This document shows positions 13,878-21,259 of a stretch of DNA of 28,136 bases, in pieces. Positions within the stretch are counted from its first letter, which is position 1, and each line of letters begins with the position of its first letter. The position numbers and the translations under genes are program-made. Location of the stretch: positions 1 through 28,136 of the IMG/VR virus record IMGVR_UViG_3300011336_000179; one strand, 5' to 3'. This stretch comes from a virus (taxonomy: Duplodnaviria > Caudoviricetes). A model generated the notes under the pieces. That model worked only from the letters and a program-made list of their open reading frames with translations, made no database searches and was not told the origin of the DNA.

Positions 13878-14966
13878 TTATTCCTTCACCGCATCAGCGG
13901 TCTCTCTGGTGTTGCGTGCGATTTCGCTGATGTCCTGAGCCTGAGATCTGACGGGTCCAAAGTATTTGTCCAGGCTAGACTGGAAGGCTGTGAATCCACC
14001 TGTTCGAGCAAGAGCGTCTGTTGGTTGCATTCTTGAAACTTCAAAGCCTGTCGTTTTGTCTTCACCCAAGCTCTTCCTGCGGATTTCGGAGCGCCTTTTA
14101 CGTTTCTCGGTTCTGGCTTCGACGTCCCGTTCCTGCTCTTCAATCGACGAGATGAAAGCCTGCTCAGCCTGGTCGAACATATTCCGCATCTGTTCCCGGG
14201 CTGGTAGTTCTTTGGTTCCTGCAGGTGTACTTGATGCCAGCAGGAATCCCTCGACAGCAGCATAGAGGGCCTCGGTGTATTTTTGAATCGGAACAATGAC
14301 AGCTGTCGTAAAAGTGCCGGTTCCTGCGGTCATCTTTGCTTTTAAGATGTCCAGTTTATCGGCCACTTCATCAAGCGATGCGATCACTTCATCTTCCATG
14401 ACCAGGCCAAGATTCCGGGCCTGCTCTGCCGCATCTTGAAGGCCTTCAGCCATTGCAGGAATCAAAGCACCTGCACCTCGGCCGGCCAATTCTCGAAACG
14501 GTCCCAGAAGCCTTTGAGGGTCGATACCTTCCTCGAAAGGTTTACCAAGTGCCAAGAACATGGACTTTAGATCCATTTCTCTCAGTTGATCGACTGTAAT
14601 GCCGAATCTTTGGAGATTGTCGATGGTGGCTTTGTCTCCAGCCAAGGCCTTCTGCCTGGCTATCGACAACTTTTCAAGAGCACTAGCCACCTCTTCGAGA
14701 CTGGAGCCTGACTGCTCCGCGGCGAACTTCATCTCCTGGAGGAACTCAGCAGACACACCAAGCTGACTCGACAGATCGGTAAGCTGTCCAGCCGTCTCGA
14801 TAGCCTGCATTCCAAACTGGGCTAGCTTGTCGACCGCAAAGATACTGCCCATGGTGGCGCCGATTTCTTTGCCGATGCCTTTGGCCATCGACTGAGAGCG
14901 CTTGAGGCCTCCCTCGAATGCAGTGCCGTCCAGGCCGAGTTTTGCGATGAGTGAAAAGATAGCCAT
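13878..14966 (-). CDS. Tail tape measure protein (short)
   Basis: LIAKLGLDGTAFEGGL start; LTDLSSQLGVSAEFLQEMKFAAEQSG; Ala/helix-rich; follows tube and chaperone genes. Confidence 0.8.
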   Translation of the reverse strand: MAIFSLIAKLGLDGTAFEGGLKRSQSMAKGIGKEIGATMGSIFAVDKLAQFGMQAIETAGQLTDLSSQLGVSAEFLQEMKFAAEQSGSSLEEVASALEKLSIARQKALAGDKATIDNLQRFGITVDQLREMDLKSMFLALGKPFEEGIDPQRLLGPFRELAGRGAGALIPAMAEGLQDAAEQARNLGLVMEDEVIASLDEVADKLDILKAKMTAGTGTFTTAVIVPIQKYTEALYAAVEGFLLASSTPAGTKELPAREQMRNMFDQAEQAFISSIEEQERDVEARTEKRKRRSEIRRKSLGEDKTTGFEVSRMQPTDALARTGGFTAFQSSLDKYFGPVRSQAQDISEIARNTRETADAVKE

Positions 14967-14969
14967 GGT

Positions 14970-15533
14970 TCAATTCTTGTTTGCCTGCTGCTGATTTGAC
15001 CAGCGCCACAGGGCCTCGTCCTTCGGGCTCCACAGCTCGACATCTCCATGGGTTTCAGCCCTGGCCAGGACAAGGCGCTCGGCGTCACCGATTGGCATGG
15101 CCAAGACGGTATCCTCCTTGAGGCCGATGTCCATGCAGCAGGCCAGCATTCTCTCGGGCCATGGCATCGACAACTGCCGAGATTTGCCTGGCTTGCTTAG
15201 GATTTCAGGCGCCGTTGACTGCTTGGCCATCCAGTCGTTCCACTTCTCAAACTCGGCATCGAATGAAAGATGCTTGGTCCTCTTTGCCCATAGCCAGATC
15301 GCCAAGCCTCGCAGCGGTGATCGGATAGCCTTCAGAGACTCTCTGATAGGTTGGGAGCATACCAACACAGCCTCCATGAGATTGGAACGCTCTACAGGGC
15401 CGCCAAGGGCCAATGGCGAGCCAATACGATGCAGCACCAGAGAATGGCCGACAGAATACGGCACCAGCCGGAGCCCCATCACAACAGGACAGGGCTCGGC
15501 TGTAGCGATTAAGATGTCGGCCAGGGCGGTCAC
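14970..15533 (-). CDS. Putative tail assembly chaperone
   Basis: GTGA-coupled start (MTALADIL...), between tail tube and TMP. Confidence 0.55.
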   Translation of the reverse strand: MTALADILIATAEPCPVVMGLRLVPYSVGHSLVLHRIGSPLALGGPVERSNLMEAVLVCSQPIRESLKAIRSPLRGLAIWLWAKRTKHLSFDAEFEKWNDWMAKQSTAPEILSKPGKSRQLSMPWPERMLACCMDIGLKEDTVLAMPIGDAERLVLARAETHGDVELWSPKDEALWRWSNQQQANKN

Positions 15534-16021
15534 AGGTTGGTAGCTGCTCCAGCGCTGATCGCCGGGAAGCGCTTGAGAGTAATCGTCCCGGTGGCTTTGC
15601 CGGTCTGGGTGGTCTTGATCGAACCGCCGCCAGCATAGATCCATCGGCCACCGCTGCCGGTGTTGATGGCGTCGGCGTAGCCTCCCAAATTGATCACAGG
15701 GGCTCCGGTGATCGCCACGGTGCCATTGCCTTGGGGCAAAGAGCATCCATAGAGGCGCTCGTTTAGGGCGGTGGCCGCGGTGGCGCTGGTTCCCACGGGA
15801 ACGAAGTTGACGGTCAGCGTCAGCCGGTTGTTGTAGGTGATGTGGCCGACCACCTCGCCATTGTTGTTGCGGACCTCTTCAGTGTCGCATTCTCCAGTGA
15901 TGTCGTAGCTTTCGATCTCGGGAGAAATGTAACCGGCCACAATGAGCGAGCCAGAGGCGTCATACATTGCCAAGGTCGCCGGTGATCCGAATAAATACTT
16001 GTTTCCGTGTACGTTAGCCAT
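15530..16021 (-). CDS. Major tail (tube) protein
   Basis: 163 aa beta-rich; EEVRNNNGEVVG..LTLTVNF..ATGTITLKRF; synteny. Confidence 0.65.
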   Translation of the reverse strand: MANVHGNKYLFGSPATLAMYDASGSLIVAGYISPEIESYDITGECDTEEVRNNNGEVVGHITYNNRLTLTVNFVPVGTSATAATALNERLYGCSLPQGNGTVAITGAPVINLGGYADAINTGSGGRWIYAGGGSIKTTQTGKATGTITLKRFPAISAGAATNL

Positions 16022-16033
16022 AGATGTCTTGGG

Positions 16034-16516
16034 TTAGAGGGTTGCGCTGCAGTAAAGGGTGAAGGTCCGGGTGAACGTCCTGGACCGATTAGAGATTGAG
16101 GCTGCCCCAAAGTCCAGAGGGGCGGCGAACTGGGCCGTAAACGGGCCGCTGGCGTCGTTTGATGGCGCATTCAGGGTAGAGGCCCCGGTGTCGTCAAAGA
16201 GCGGCAGGATCCGATTGTCGAGCACCTGGACGGTGGTCAGGACATCGGCCTCGTCGGTGTCGTCTGCCGAAAGTTGCAGCTCGACGGCGATCTCCAGCTC
16301 ACAGGTCAGGTCGGTGCGTTGAACCGGCCGCGCGGAGTTGGTCGAGACCACCAGGCGCGGAAAGTTGGGCATCACATCCTGCTCGTCCGGGTCGTCGTAC
16401 AGGCCGCGGCTGTAGGATGTCAGGCAGGTCGGGGTGCCGGCACCGGAGGCCGACCAGTCGGCGGCTGCCAGGTAGTCGGCCACTGCAAGTTCAGCTCTTA
16501 GGGCGACGGCGTTCAT
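16034..16516 (-). CDS. Putative tail terminator protein
   Basis: 160 aa acidic; position before the tube gene. Confidence 0.55.
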   Translation of the reverse strand: MNAVALRAELAVADYLAAADWSASGAGTPTCLTSYSRGLYDDPDEQDVMPNFPRLVVSTNSARPVQRTDLTCELEIAVELQLSADDTDEADVLTTVQVLDNRILPLFDDTGASTLNAPSNDASGPFTAQFAAPLDFGAASISNRSRTFTRTFTLYCSATL

Positions 16517-17310
16517 TTGATGGCGATTCCGTTATCTTCGAGCACCTTGCCGTTTTGCAGCATGGCCTCCGTCATGTGGTTGGTCAGCTCGGCCAGCTCG
16601 TCGTCCATGGCCTTCTGCATGGCCTGGTTGTAGATCATTGCCACCCGGTTGTACTGGTTGTCAGCCACACCGGCAGTCATGACCACCGAGGCTGTCGGGT
16701 TGAAGCCTGGGACAGCCTGGATGCCCCGGGCCTTGGTGCCCTTGTGCACAGCCACGTTTTCGGCCGGCAGGCCATACTGGTCAGCCAGTGACAAAAGGGC
16801 TGCGTTGGTTTTACCAGGTGGCTTGTAGCCAGGAGGTTTGACCAATGGCTTCCATTTGGGTTTATCGTATTGTCGGAATCCGCGGTTGTAGATCCGTATG
16901 ATCTTGACCACACCGGAACGGAGATAACCAACAGAACCCAAGGCCTTGCGGTAAATAGCGCTGGCAGCCTGTTTCATCTGCGTGCCATAGAGTCCCCGGC
17001 GGCCTGCTTTGGTCTCTTTGGCTTGGGCGATCAGATGCACCCGTCGAAGCAATCGGGATTTGCCGATGCGTTTGCCGGTCTTCTTGGACTTCCGATTGAT
17101 GTCGCCCATCGGTTTGGACAGATAGTCTCCGATGCGGATCCGCTCTTGTGCTGGGCTCTTAGGTGGCACCAGGACAAACAGCCGGACCATCAGGTAAAAG
17201 AACCGGGAGTTAACTGCCTTGTGAAGGTCTCGGCTCGTCTGCAGCAGGTAGGCCTTCATTGCAGCGTCGAACTTGCTGCTGTCGACCGTCATGTTAACGA
17301 CAGGCCTCAC
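16513..17310 (-). CDS. Putative neck/tail-completion protein (basic)
   Basis: GTGA-coupled start at 17310; Lys/Arg-rich; gpZ/HK97-gp10-like position. Confidence 0.55.
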   Translation of the reverse strand: MRPVVNMTVDSSKFDAAMKAYLLQTSRDLHKAVNSRFFYLMVRLFVLVPPKSPAQERIRIGDYLSKPMGDINRKSKKTGKRIGKSRLLRRVHLIAQAKETKAGRRGLYGTQMKQAASAIYRKALGSVGYLRSGVVKIIRIYNRGFRQYDKPKWKPLVKPPGYKPPGKTNAALLSLADQYGLPAENVAVHKGTKARGIQAVPGFNPTASVVMTAGVADNQYNRVAMIYNQAMQKAMDDELAELTNHMTEAMLQNGKVLEDNGIAIK

Positions 17311-17762
17311 CGGGTTTTGGCTCCTAGTTCGAGGCTGTAGTAGGCGCCGGATGCATCGACCCGGCAGGATAGGATCCGCAGCGTGCGTCCCTGGTAGATC
17401 AGCGTGCGGCCGACCACCGGCCGGGGCTTGCAGAAGGTCAAGGCGATGCGGTCGGTGTTCTCCTGGAGCAGATAGTAGCCGTCCTCCTTGAGCAGCCGGG
17501 AGAACTCGGTGCCCTGGTCGAGGGTGTACAGCGTAGTGTCCATCGTGACCAGGGTGCTGTCCCAGGTCTTCCAGTCGCTGAACTTGACCAGGATCCGGGA
17601 TGCCACGTTGTCCTGGAACCCACCGGGCACCGGGGTGTTGGCATCGGTGACCATGGCCGGGATGCACCGGATCGAGCTGCCCTCCCAGATGAACATCGGC
17701 GCCCCCAGCATCTGCTGGAGCACCGTCATGCCCTGCTGGAGACTGGAGCCGATGATGGTCAC
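17307..17762 (-). CDS. Putative head-closure protein with inserted peptide motifs
   Basis: 151 aa; PVVGRTLIYQGRTLRILS..YSLEL C-terminus typical of FII-like closure proteins; synteny. Confidence 0.55.
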   Translation of the reverse strand: MTIIGSSLQQGMTVLQQMLGAPMFIWEGSSIRCIPAMVTDANTPVPGGFQDNVASRILVKFSDWKTWDSTLVTMDTTLYTLDQGTEFSRLLKEDGYYLLQENTDRIALTFCKPRPVVGRTLIYQGRTLRILSCRVDASGAYYSLELGAKTR

Positions 17763-18265
17763 GGTGTGGTAAAGAAGATTCCAGTGACGATAAGACGAGA
17801 CGTAGCGTTGACGTGCTGCGTTAGTTGCAGCGCGTCCCCGTTCTCGTAATGGGTTAACTTGGCGTAGTTGGTTCCGGCCTCGATGTAGCCTTGGATGTCA
17901 GTCTTGGCGGCAGAGGCCAGGTTGTCGGCCCAGAACTCCACCGACCCGGAATAGGTCGAGGTGGCTGGCAGACTGAGCCTTAGTTCACCTGAGGCAGCCC
18001 CTGAGGCCGCGGTGATGGTCAGATCGACCGTAAACCATCGGAGGTTGCCGATCTCGGTGTACCGGGCGGTGTTTACCGTGGTCGTAAAGGTCCGGCCACC
18101 ACCTGAATCGGTCAGCGTCGGAACATAGGCAGTCGCCGAGTTCAGCGCCGAAATGTCGGTGTACAGCTCAGTGAAGTTGTCGTTCAGCTTCTGCCCGGCG
18201 CCGCGGAGCGTGTCTCCGGTGTTGTCGTTGGCGATTGCTCCGATGTTGATGATTTGCTGGGCCAT
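17759..18265 (-). CDS. Short fibre/spike protein with T4 gp9/gp10-like N-terminal motif
   Basis: MAQQIINIGAIANDNTGDTLRGAGQKLNDNFTELY; C-terminal ARYTEIGNLRW..LSLP beta head. Confidence 0.7.
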   Translation of the reverse strand: MAQQIINIGAIANDNTGDTLRGAGQKLNDNFTELYTDISALNSATAYVPTLTDSGGGRTFTTTVNTARYTEIGNLRWFTVDLTITAASGAASGELRLSLPATSTYSGSVEFWADNLASAAKTDIQGYIEAGTNYAKLTHYENGDALQLTQHVNATSRLIVTGIFFTTP

Positions 18266-18266
18266 A

Positions 18267-18488
18267 TCAGTTCTTCGGTAGTGCGTACCAACCAGCCGGC
18301 AGGACCACGGTCGACGGCCCCACCAGCTTCTTGTCTTTGTCGAATCCGTACACGCTGGCCCTGGTGGGCTTGGCCAGCATCACGGGATCACCGGAAGGGA
18401 CCAGGACCACCTTCGTCATCTGGCAGCCTAGGCAGTCCAGCAATGCGATCAGCCAGATCGTTCTTGAGAGCCTCGGGTGCTTTTCCAT
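18267..18488 (-). CDS. Putative lipoprotein, o-spanin-like
   Basis: Basic N-terminus, hydrophobic stretch, lipobox-like CLGC, Pro-rich mature part; overlaps 18388-18561 out of frame. Confidence 0.5.
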   Translation of the reverse strand: MEKHPRLSRTIWLIALLDCLGCQMTKVVLVPSGDPVMLAKPTRASVYGFDKDKKLVGPSTVVLPAGWYALPKN

Positions 18489-18561
18489 GTTGGATATCGG
18501 TGGGTGGGGTCTCGCGCAGCCAATCGAGCAGGGCCTTAAGGATCTGGTAGATCCAGTTCAC
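18388..18561 (-). CDS. Small protein overlapping the lipoprotein gene, i-spanin-like position (not in ORF track)
   Basis: 57 aa MNWIYQILKALLDWLRETPPTDIQHGKAPEALK...; GTGA-coupled to 18558-18740. Confidence 0.5.
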   Translation of the reverse strand: MNWIYQILKALLDWLRETPPTDIQHGKAPEALKNDLADRIAGLPRLPDDEGGPGPFR

Positions 18562-18740
18562 TGCTTCGGGATTTCGGCGTCCTTGGCCCAGATCAGGCCG
18601 ATGCCGGCGGTGACGGCTGCGATGGTCGTGGTGATGTCCAGATGGGTGGTCGGGTCACCGTCGAAGAGGGCCTTAAGAGCCCCACCGATGGCGACGAGGA
18701 TGGCACCGATACCGGCGAGAGTGGTCTTGGTGTTCTTCAT
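18558..18740 (-). CDS. Holin-like membrane protein
   Basis: 60 aa, two hydrophobic segments, MKNTKTTLAG..GLIWAKD. Confidence 0.6.
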   Translation of the reverse strand: MKNTKTTLAGIGAILVAIGGALKALFDGDPTTHLDITTTIAAVTAGIGLIWAKDAEIPKQ

Positions 18741-18913
18741 TTCTTAAAGAGTTTGTAGGCCCCGTAGATGGCGCAGAGAAGGCCAATCACGGCGGTGATG
18801 AGTCGGACGATGTCGGTGAGCCATGGGATGAACGAGACAGCGGTGGCCGCTGCTGCTCCACCCATGGAAGCGATCATCTGATTTGTGTCACCGCCGTGAT
18901 TGTTTGTGTCCAT
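18737..18913 (-). CDS. Small membrane protein, holin/antiholin-like (not in ORF track)
   Basis: 58 aa MDTNNHGG..SFIPWLTDIVRLITAVIGLLCAIYGAYKLFKK; coupled at both ends. Confidence 0.6.
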   Translation of the reverse strand: MDTNNHGGDTNQMIASMGGAAAATAVSFIPWLTDIVRLITAVIGLLCAIYGAYKLFKK

Positions 18914-19069
18914 TTACTCGGATGCTTTTGGTTGGGCTGCTGCGAGGATGATGTCGGCCAAAGGAACGCCGACCTTGGCGTTCTGGTAGCCACCGGCCTT
19001 GATGGCGATGTCGATGAGTTGGAGCAGGCTATTGGTCTGCTCCTGAGTGAGTGTGATGGTGATTTCCAT
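18914..19069 (-). CDS. Hypothetical protein (51 aa, MEITITLTQEQ...)
   Basis: ATG 1 nt after the upstream stop. Confidence 0.65.
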   Translation of the reverse strand: MEITITLTQEQTNSLLQLIDIAIKAGGYQNAKVGVPLADIILAAAQPKASE

Positions 19070-19070
19070 A

Positions 19071-19466
19071 TCAGACCGCAGTGTCGGAAACGACAGGCTG
19101 CTCCGCAACCAAAACCGGCTCAGGAACCGGCGGCACCCACGGCAGCGGCAGACTCACAACCGGCGGGTTGATCTGGTTCTGGATCTGGAGCGAGACGTTC
19201 GCTTCGATGGCCGACTTGTCCACGCCGTTGGCGTAGCACCAACCGAGAACCTGATCCTGCGTGAGGTCTTCGTAAGGAGTGAAGCTACCAGTCGGAGGAG
19301 CGAACGAGCAGCTACCGTAGCAGGTGCCGCTGAAGGTCTGCTCGGTGTCTCCGCTGCCGGTGGTTTCGGTGCCGTTGCACCTCCAGTCGGCGGTGATTAC
19401 GACATCGGTGTTGGAGCCTTCGGTGGGCTTGGTGAGAAGGCGTTCGATGAGCCAGAGGATGGTCAT
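19071..19466 (-). CDS. Fibre-associated protein (possible assembly chaperone)
   Basis: DVVITADWRCNG..FTPYEDLTQDQVLGW..QINPPVVSLPLPW; follows the S74 fibre gene. Confidence 0.65.
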   Translation of the reverse strand: MTILWLIERLLTKPTEGSNTDVVITADWRCNGTETTGSGDTEQTFSGTCYGSCSFAPPTGSFTPYEDLTQDQVLGWCYANGVDKSAIEANVSLQIQNQINPPVVSLPLPWVPPVPEPVLVAEQPVVSDTAV

Positions 19467-19469
19467 AAA

Positions 19470-20516
19470 TTAGGCGTTCTTCAGAGCGTTGACTTCAGCG
19501 GACAGTTCTTTAATCGCAGCGACAAGCAGCGGTATGACATCGCTATAACGCACACCAAGTTCGTTTTTCTCGCCAACTACATCGACCGCTTCAGGAAGCA
19601 CGGCAAAAACGTCTTGGGCGATTAGGAATGATCGACGCTTGCTTGCGTCATCGGTCTTGAACTTACCAATGACAGATCGGAGCGAACCAACCTTAGTAAT
19701 GGCGTTGGTGATAGGCTCGATAATGTCCTTTACCGTTTCATCGGACAGCGCGGTCCAAGCGGTCGCGCCGTGGACAAGCTGAACACCGACAGCAGAAGGT
19801 CCGTTTGAAAACTTAAATGCAGGAGTTGCCGAACTGTCGTTGATAACACCAAAATCCCAAACAGCGGTTCCGCTCTTTCGGATGGTGTGGTTTCCGTAGT
19901 TGGAAACGTAGTCCATCGCGATGTTCGTATTCGCTCCGGTGGATTTTACCAACACCGCACAATCGGTGGATTTTTGAATGTCTAAACGATTGCTGCTGCT
20001 CGCAACACCCACCATCAAATTCCCACTCGCATCGAGGGTCATCCGAGTGCCGCCTGCGCCGTCGTACCAAGTGAAAACACCGGATTGACTCAACGTCATC
20101 ACAGAGTTTCCATTAGATTCAGATACTAACAACGTTCCAGACGCATCGGTTCCGAGATAAAGATAATTTGCCTGACCAGAAGTCTGTGCCAACGAGAGAC
20201 TGAACGCATCTCCGCTAAATAATCCTGTTCTGCCTCCGCTCACAACAAAGCGAGTCGCCGGACTCGCCGTCCCAATACCCACCCGATTGTTCGTCGAATC
20301 AACCTTCAGAGTGCTGGTATCCACCGTCAGATCGCCGGTGATGGTGGCGGATGCCAGCGTGGCGGTGCCGGATGCAGCAAGAATGTTGTTAATGCTGATT
20401 CGCTTAGTATTCCCTGACGCTGGTGGCGTATCTGACACATCCACAATCGGGATCATGTCATTGGCGGGATCGGCACTAGTCAGTGCCGTTAGTGCTGTAA
20501 TCTTTGAGTCTGCCAT
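19470..20516 (-). CDS. Fibre protein with C-terminal intramolecular chaperone (peptidase S74)
   Basis: NNRVGIGTASP and RMTLDASGNLMVG fibre repeats; SDETVKD..LIAQDV..LPEAV..VRYSDVIPLLVAAIKEL. Confidence 0.85.
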   Translation of the reverse strand: MADSKITALTALTSADPANDMIPIVDVSDTPPASGNTKRISINNILAASGTATLASATITGDLTVDTSTLKVDSTNNRVGIGTASPATRFVVSGGRTGLFSGDAFSLSLAQTSGQANYLYLGTDASGTLLVSESNGNSVMTLSQSGVFTWYDGAGGTRMTLDASGNLMVGVASSSNRLDIQKSTDCAVLVKSTGANTNIAMDYVSNYGNHTIRKSGTAVWDFGVINDSSATPAFKFSNGPSAVGVQLVHGATAWTALSDETVKDIIEPITNAITKVGSLRSVIGKFKTDDASKRRSFLIAQDVFAVLPEAVDVVGEKNELGVRYSDVIPLLVAAIKELSAEVNALKNA

Positions 20517-20517
20517 A

Positions 20518-20751
20518 TCAGTAAACGGTTAAGATGAATTTTCCGAGGTCTTCTTGTAAAAGGAAACTGACTCCATCCTCCAGCACTATGCTGTCGAATG
20601 TGCCAAACGAAATGACGAGTTTGCTCACGCCATCCTCCTGAAGCAGGAAGGTCTCGTCCTCTTGGAGAACATCCCTCCGCATAATCGGAGGCTCAGGCAT
20701 GATCGCATTTAGCGGTCGTGTCCTGTTGATTGATGTTCCAATTGAGATCAT
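20518..20751 (-). CDS. Small acidic protein with repeated L-x-E-D motifs
   Basis: VLQEDETFLLQEDG and IVLEDGVSFLLQED. Confidence 0.7.
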   Translation of the reverse strand: MISIGTSINRTRPLNAIMPEPPIMRRDVLQEDETFLLQEDGVSKLVISFGTFDSIVLEDGVSFLLQEDLGKFILTVY

Positions 20752-21011
20752 TAGCTGCGAGCTAGGAAAGCCACAACGCTGCCGGATGAAATCTGGAATC
20801 CAGTAATCTCACCGGGAAGAGGTTGTCCCGCTGGAATAGTTTTCGACGACCAAGTGCCACTGATATTAGTGCCAGTGATCGACGTAAAAACGGTTGGCTC
20901 TATGGGAACCAATGCAGACCAGTTGCCGGTCTGAGCGGCGGTTGATGTGATAAGCTGGAACCCCTGTCGGCCCATGCTGTACTCGGTTGCGATATCTGCT
21001 TGGACGGCCAT
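20751..21011 (-). CDS. Small putative virion protein
   Basis: 86 aa beta-rich; TIPAG..LPGEITGFQISSGSVVAF. Confidence 0.7.
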   Translation of the reverse strand: MAVQADIATEYSMGRQGFQLITSTAAQTGNWSALVPIEPTVFTSITGTNISGTWSSKTIPAGQPLPGEITGFQISSGSVVAFLARS

Positions 21012-21028
21012 TTTGTTTTTCGGTTAGA

Positions 21029-21062
21029 GGGGAGGCCACCGGAACTTTCCAGCAGCCTCCCC
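21029..21062 (-). terminator. Long GC-rich hairpin after the capsid genes (terminator or mRNA stabiliser)
   Basis: GGGGAGGCUGCUGGA/UCCGGUGGCCUCCCC with three G-U pairs on the minus strand; no clear U-tract. Confidence 0.55.
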
Positions 21063-21071
21063 AATATTAGG

Positions 21072-21248
21072 TTAACCTTTGCGAACTTTCGGTGCAATAC
21101 TGCCCTGTATCCACAGGATCAGCTTTGAGCCCTCTGCAATCTTCGCGGTGTTGAAATCAGCACGCTGGGCGGCTGCGTCGATTTCGGGACCGGCGACAAT
21201 CTTGGATTTGCCTGCCTTGTCCACCGAGATGGTTGTGGCGATTCTCAT
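21072..21248 (-). CDS. Hypothetical protein after capsid (not in ORF track)
   Basis: 58 aa MRIATTISVDKAGKSKIVAGPEIDAAAQRADF... Confidence 0.65.
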   Translation of the reverse strand: MRIATTISVDKAGKSKIVAGPEIDAAAQRADFNTAKIAEGSKLILWIQGSIAPKVRKG

Positions 21249-21259
21249 GGGTCAGCCGA

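Noticed and set aside
9326-20516. Diversity-generating retroelement or invertible fibre cassette
   Set aside because: No reverse transcriptase, recombinase or template/variable repeat pair seen
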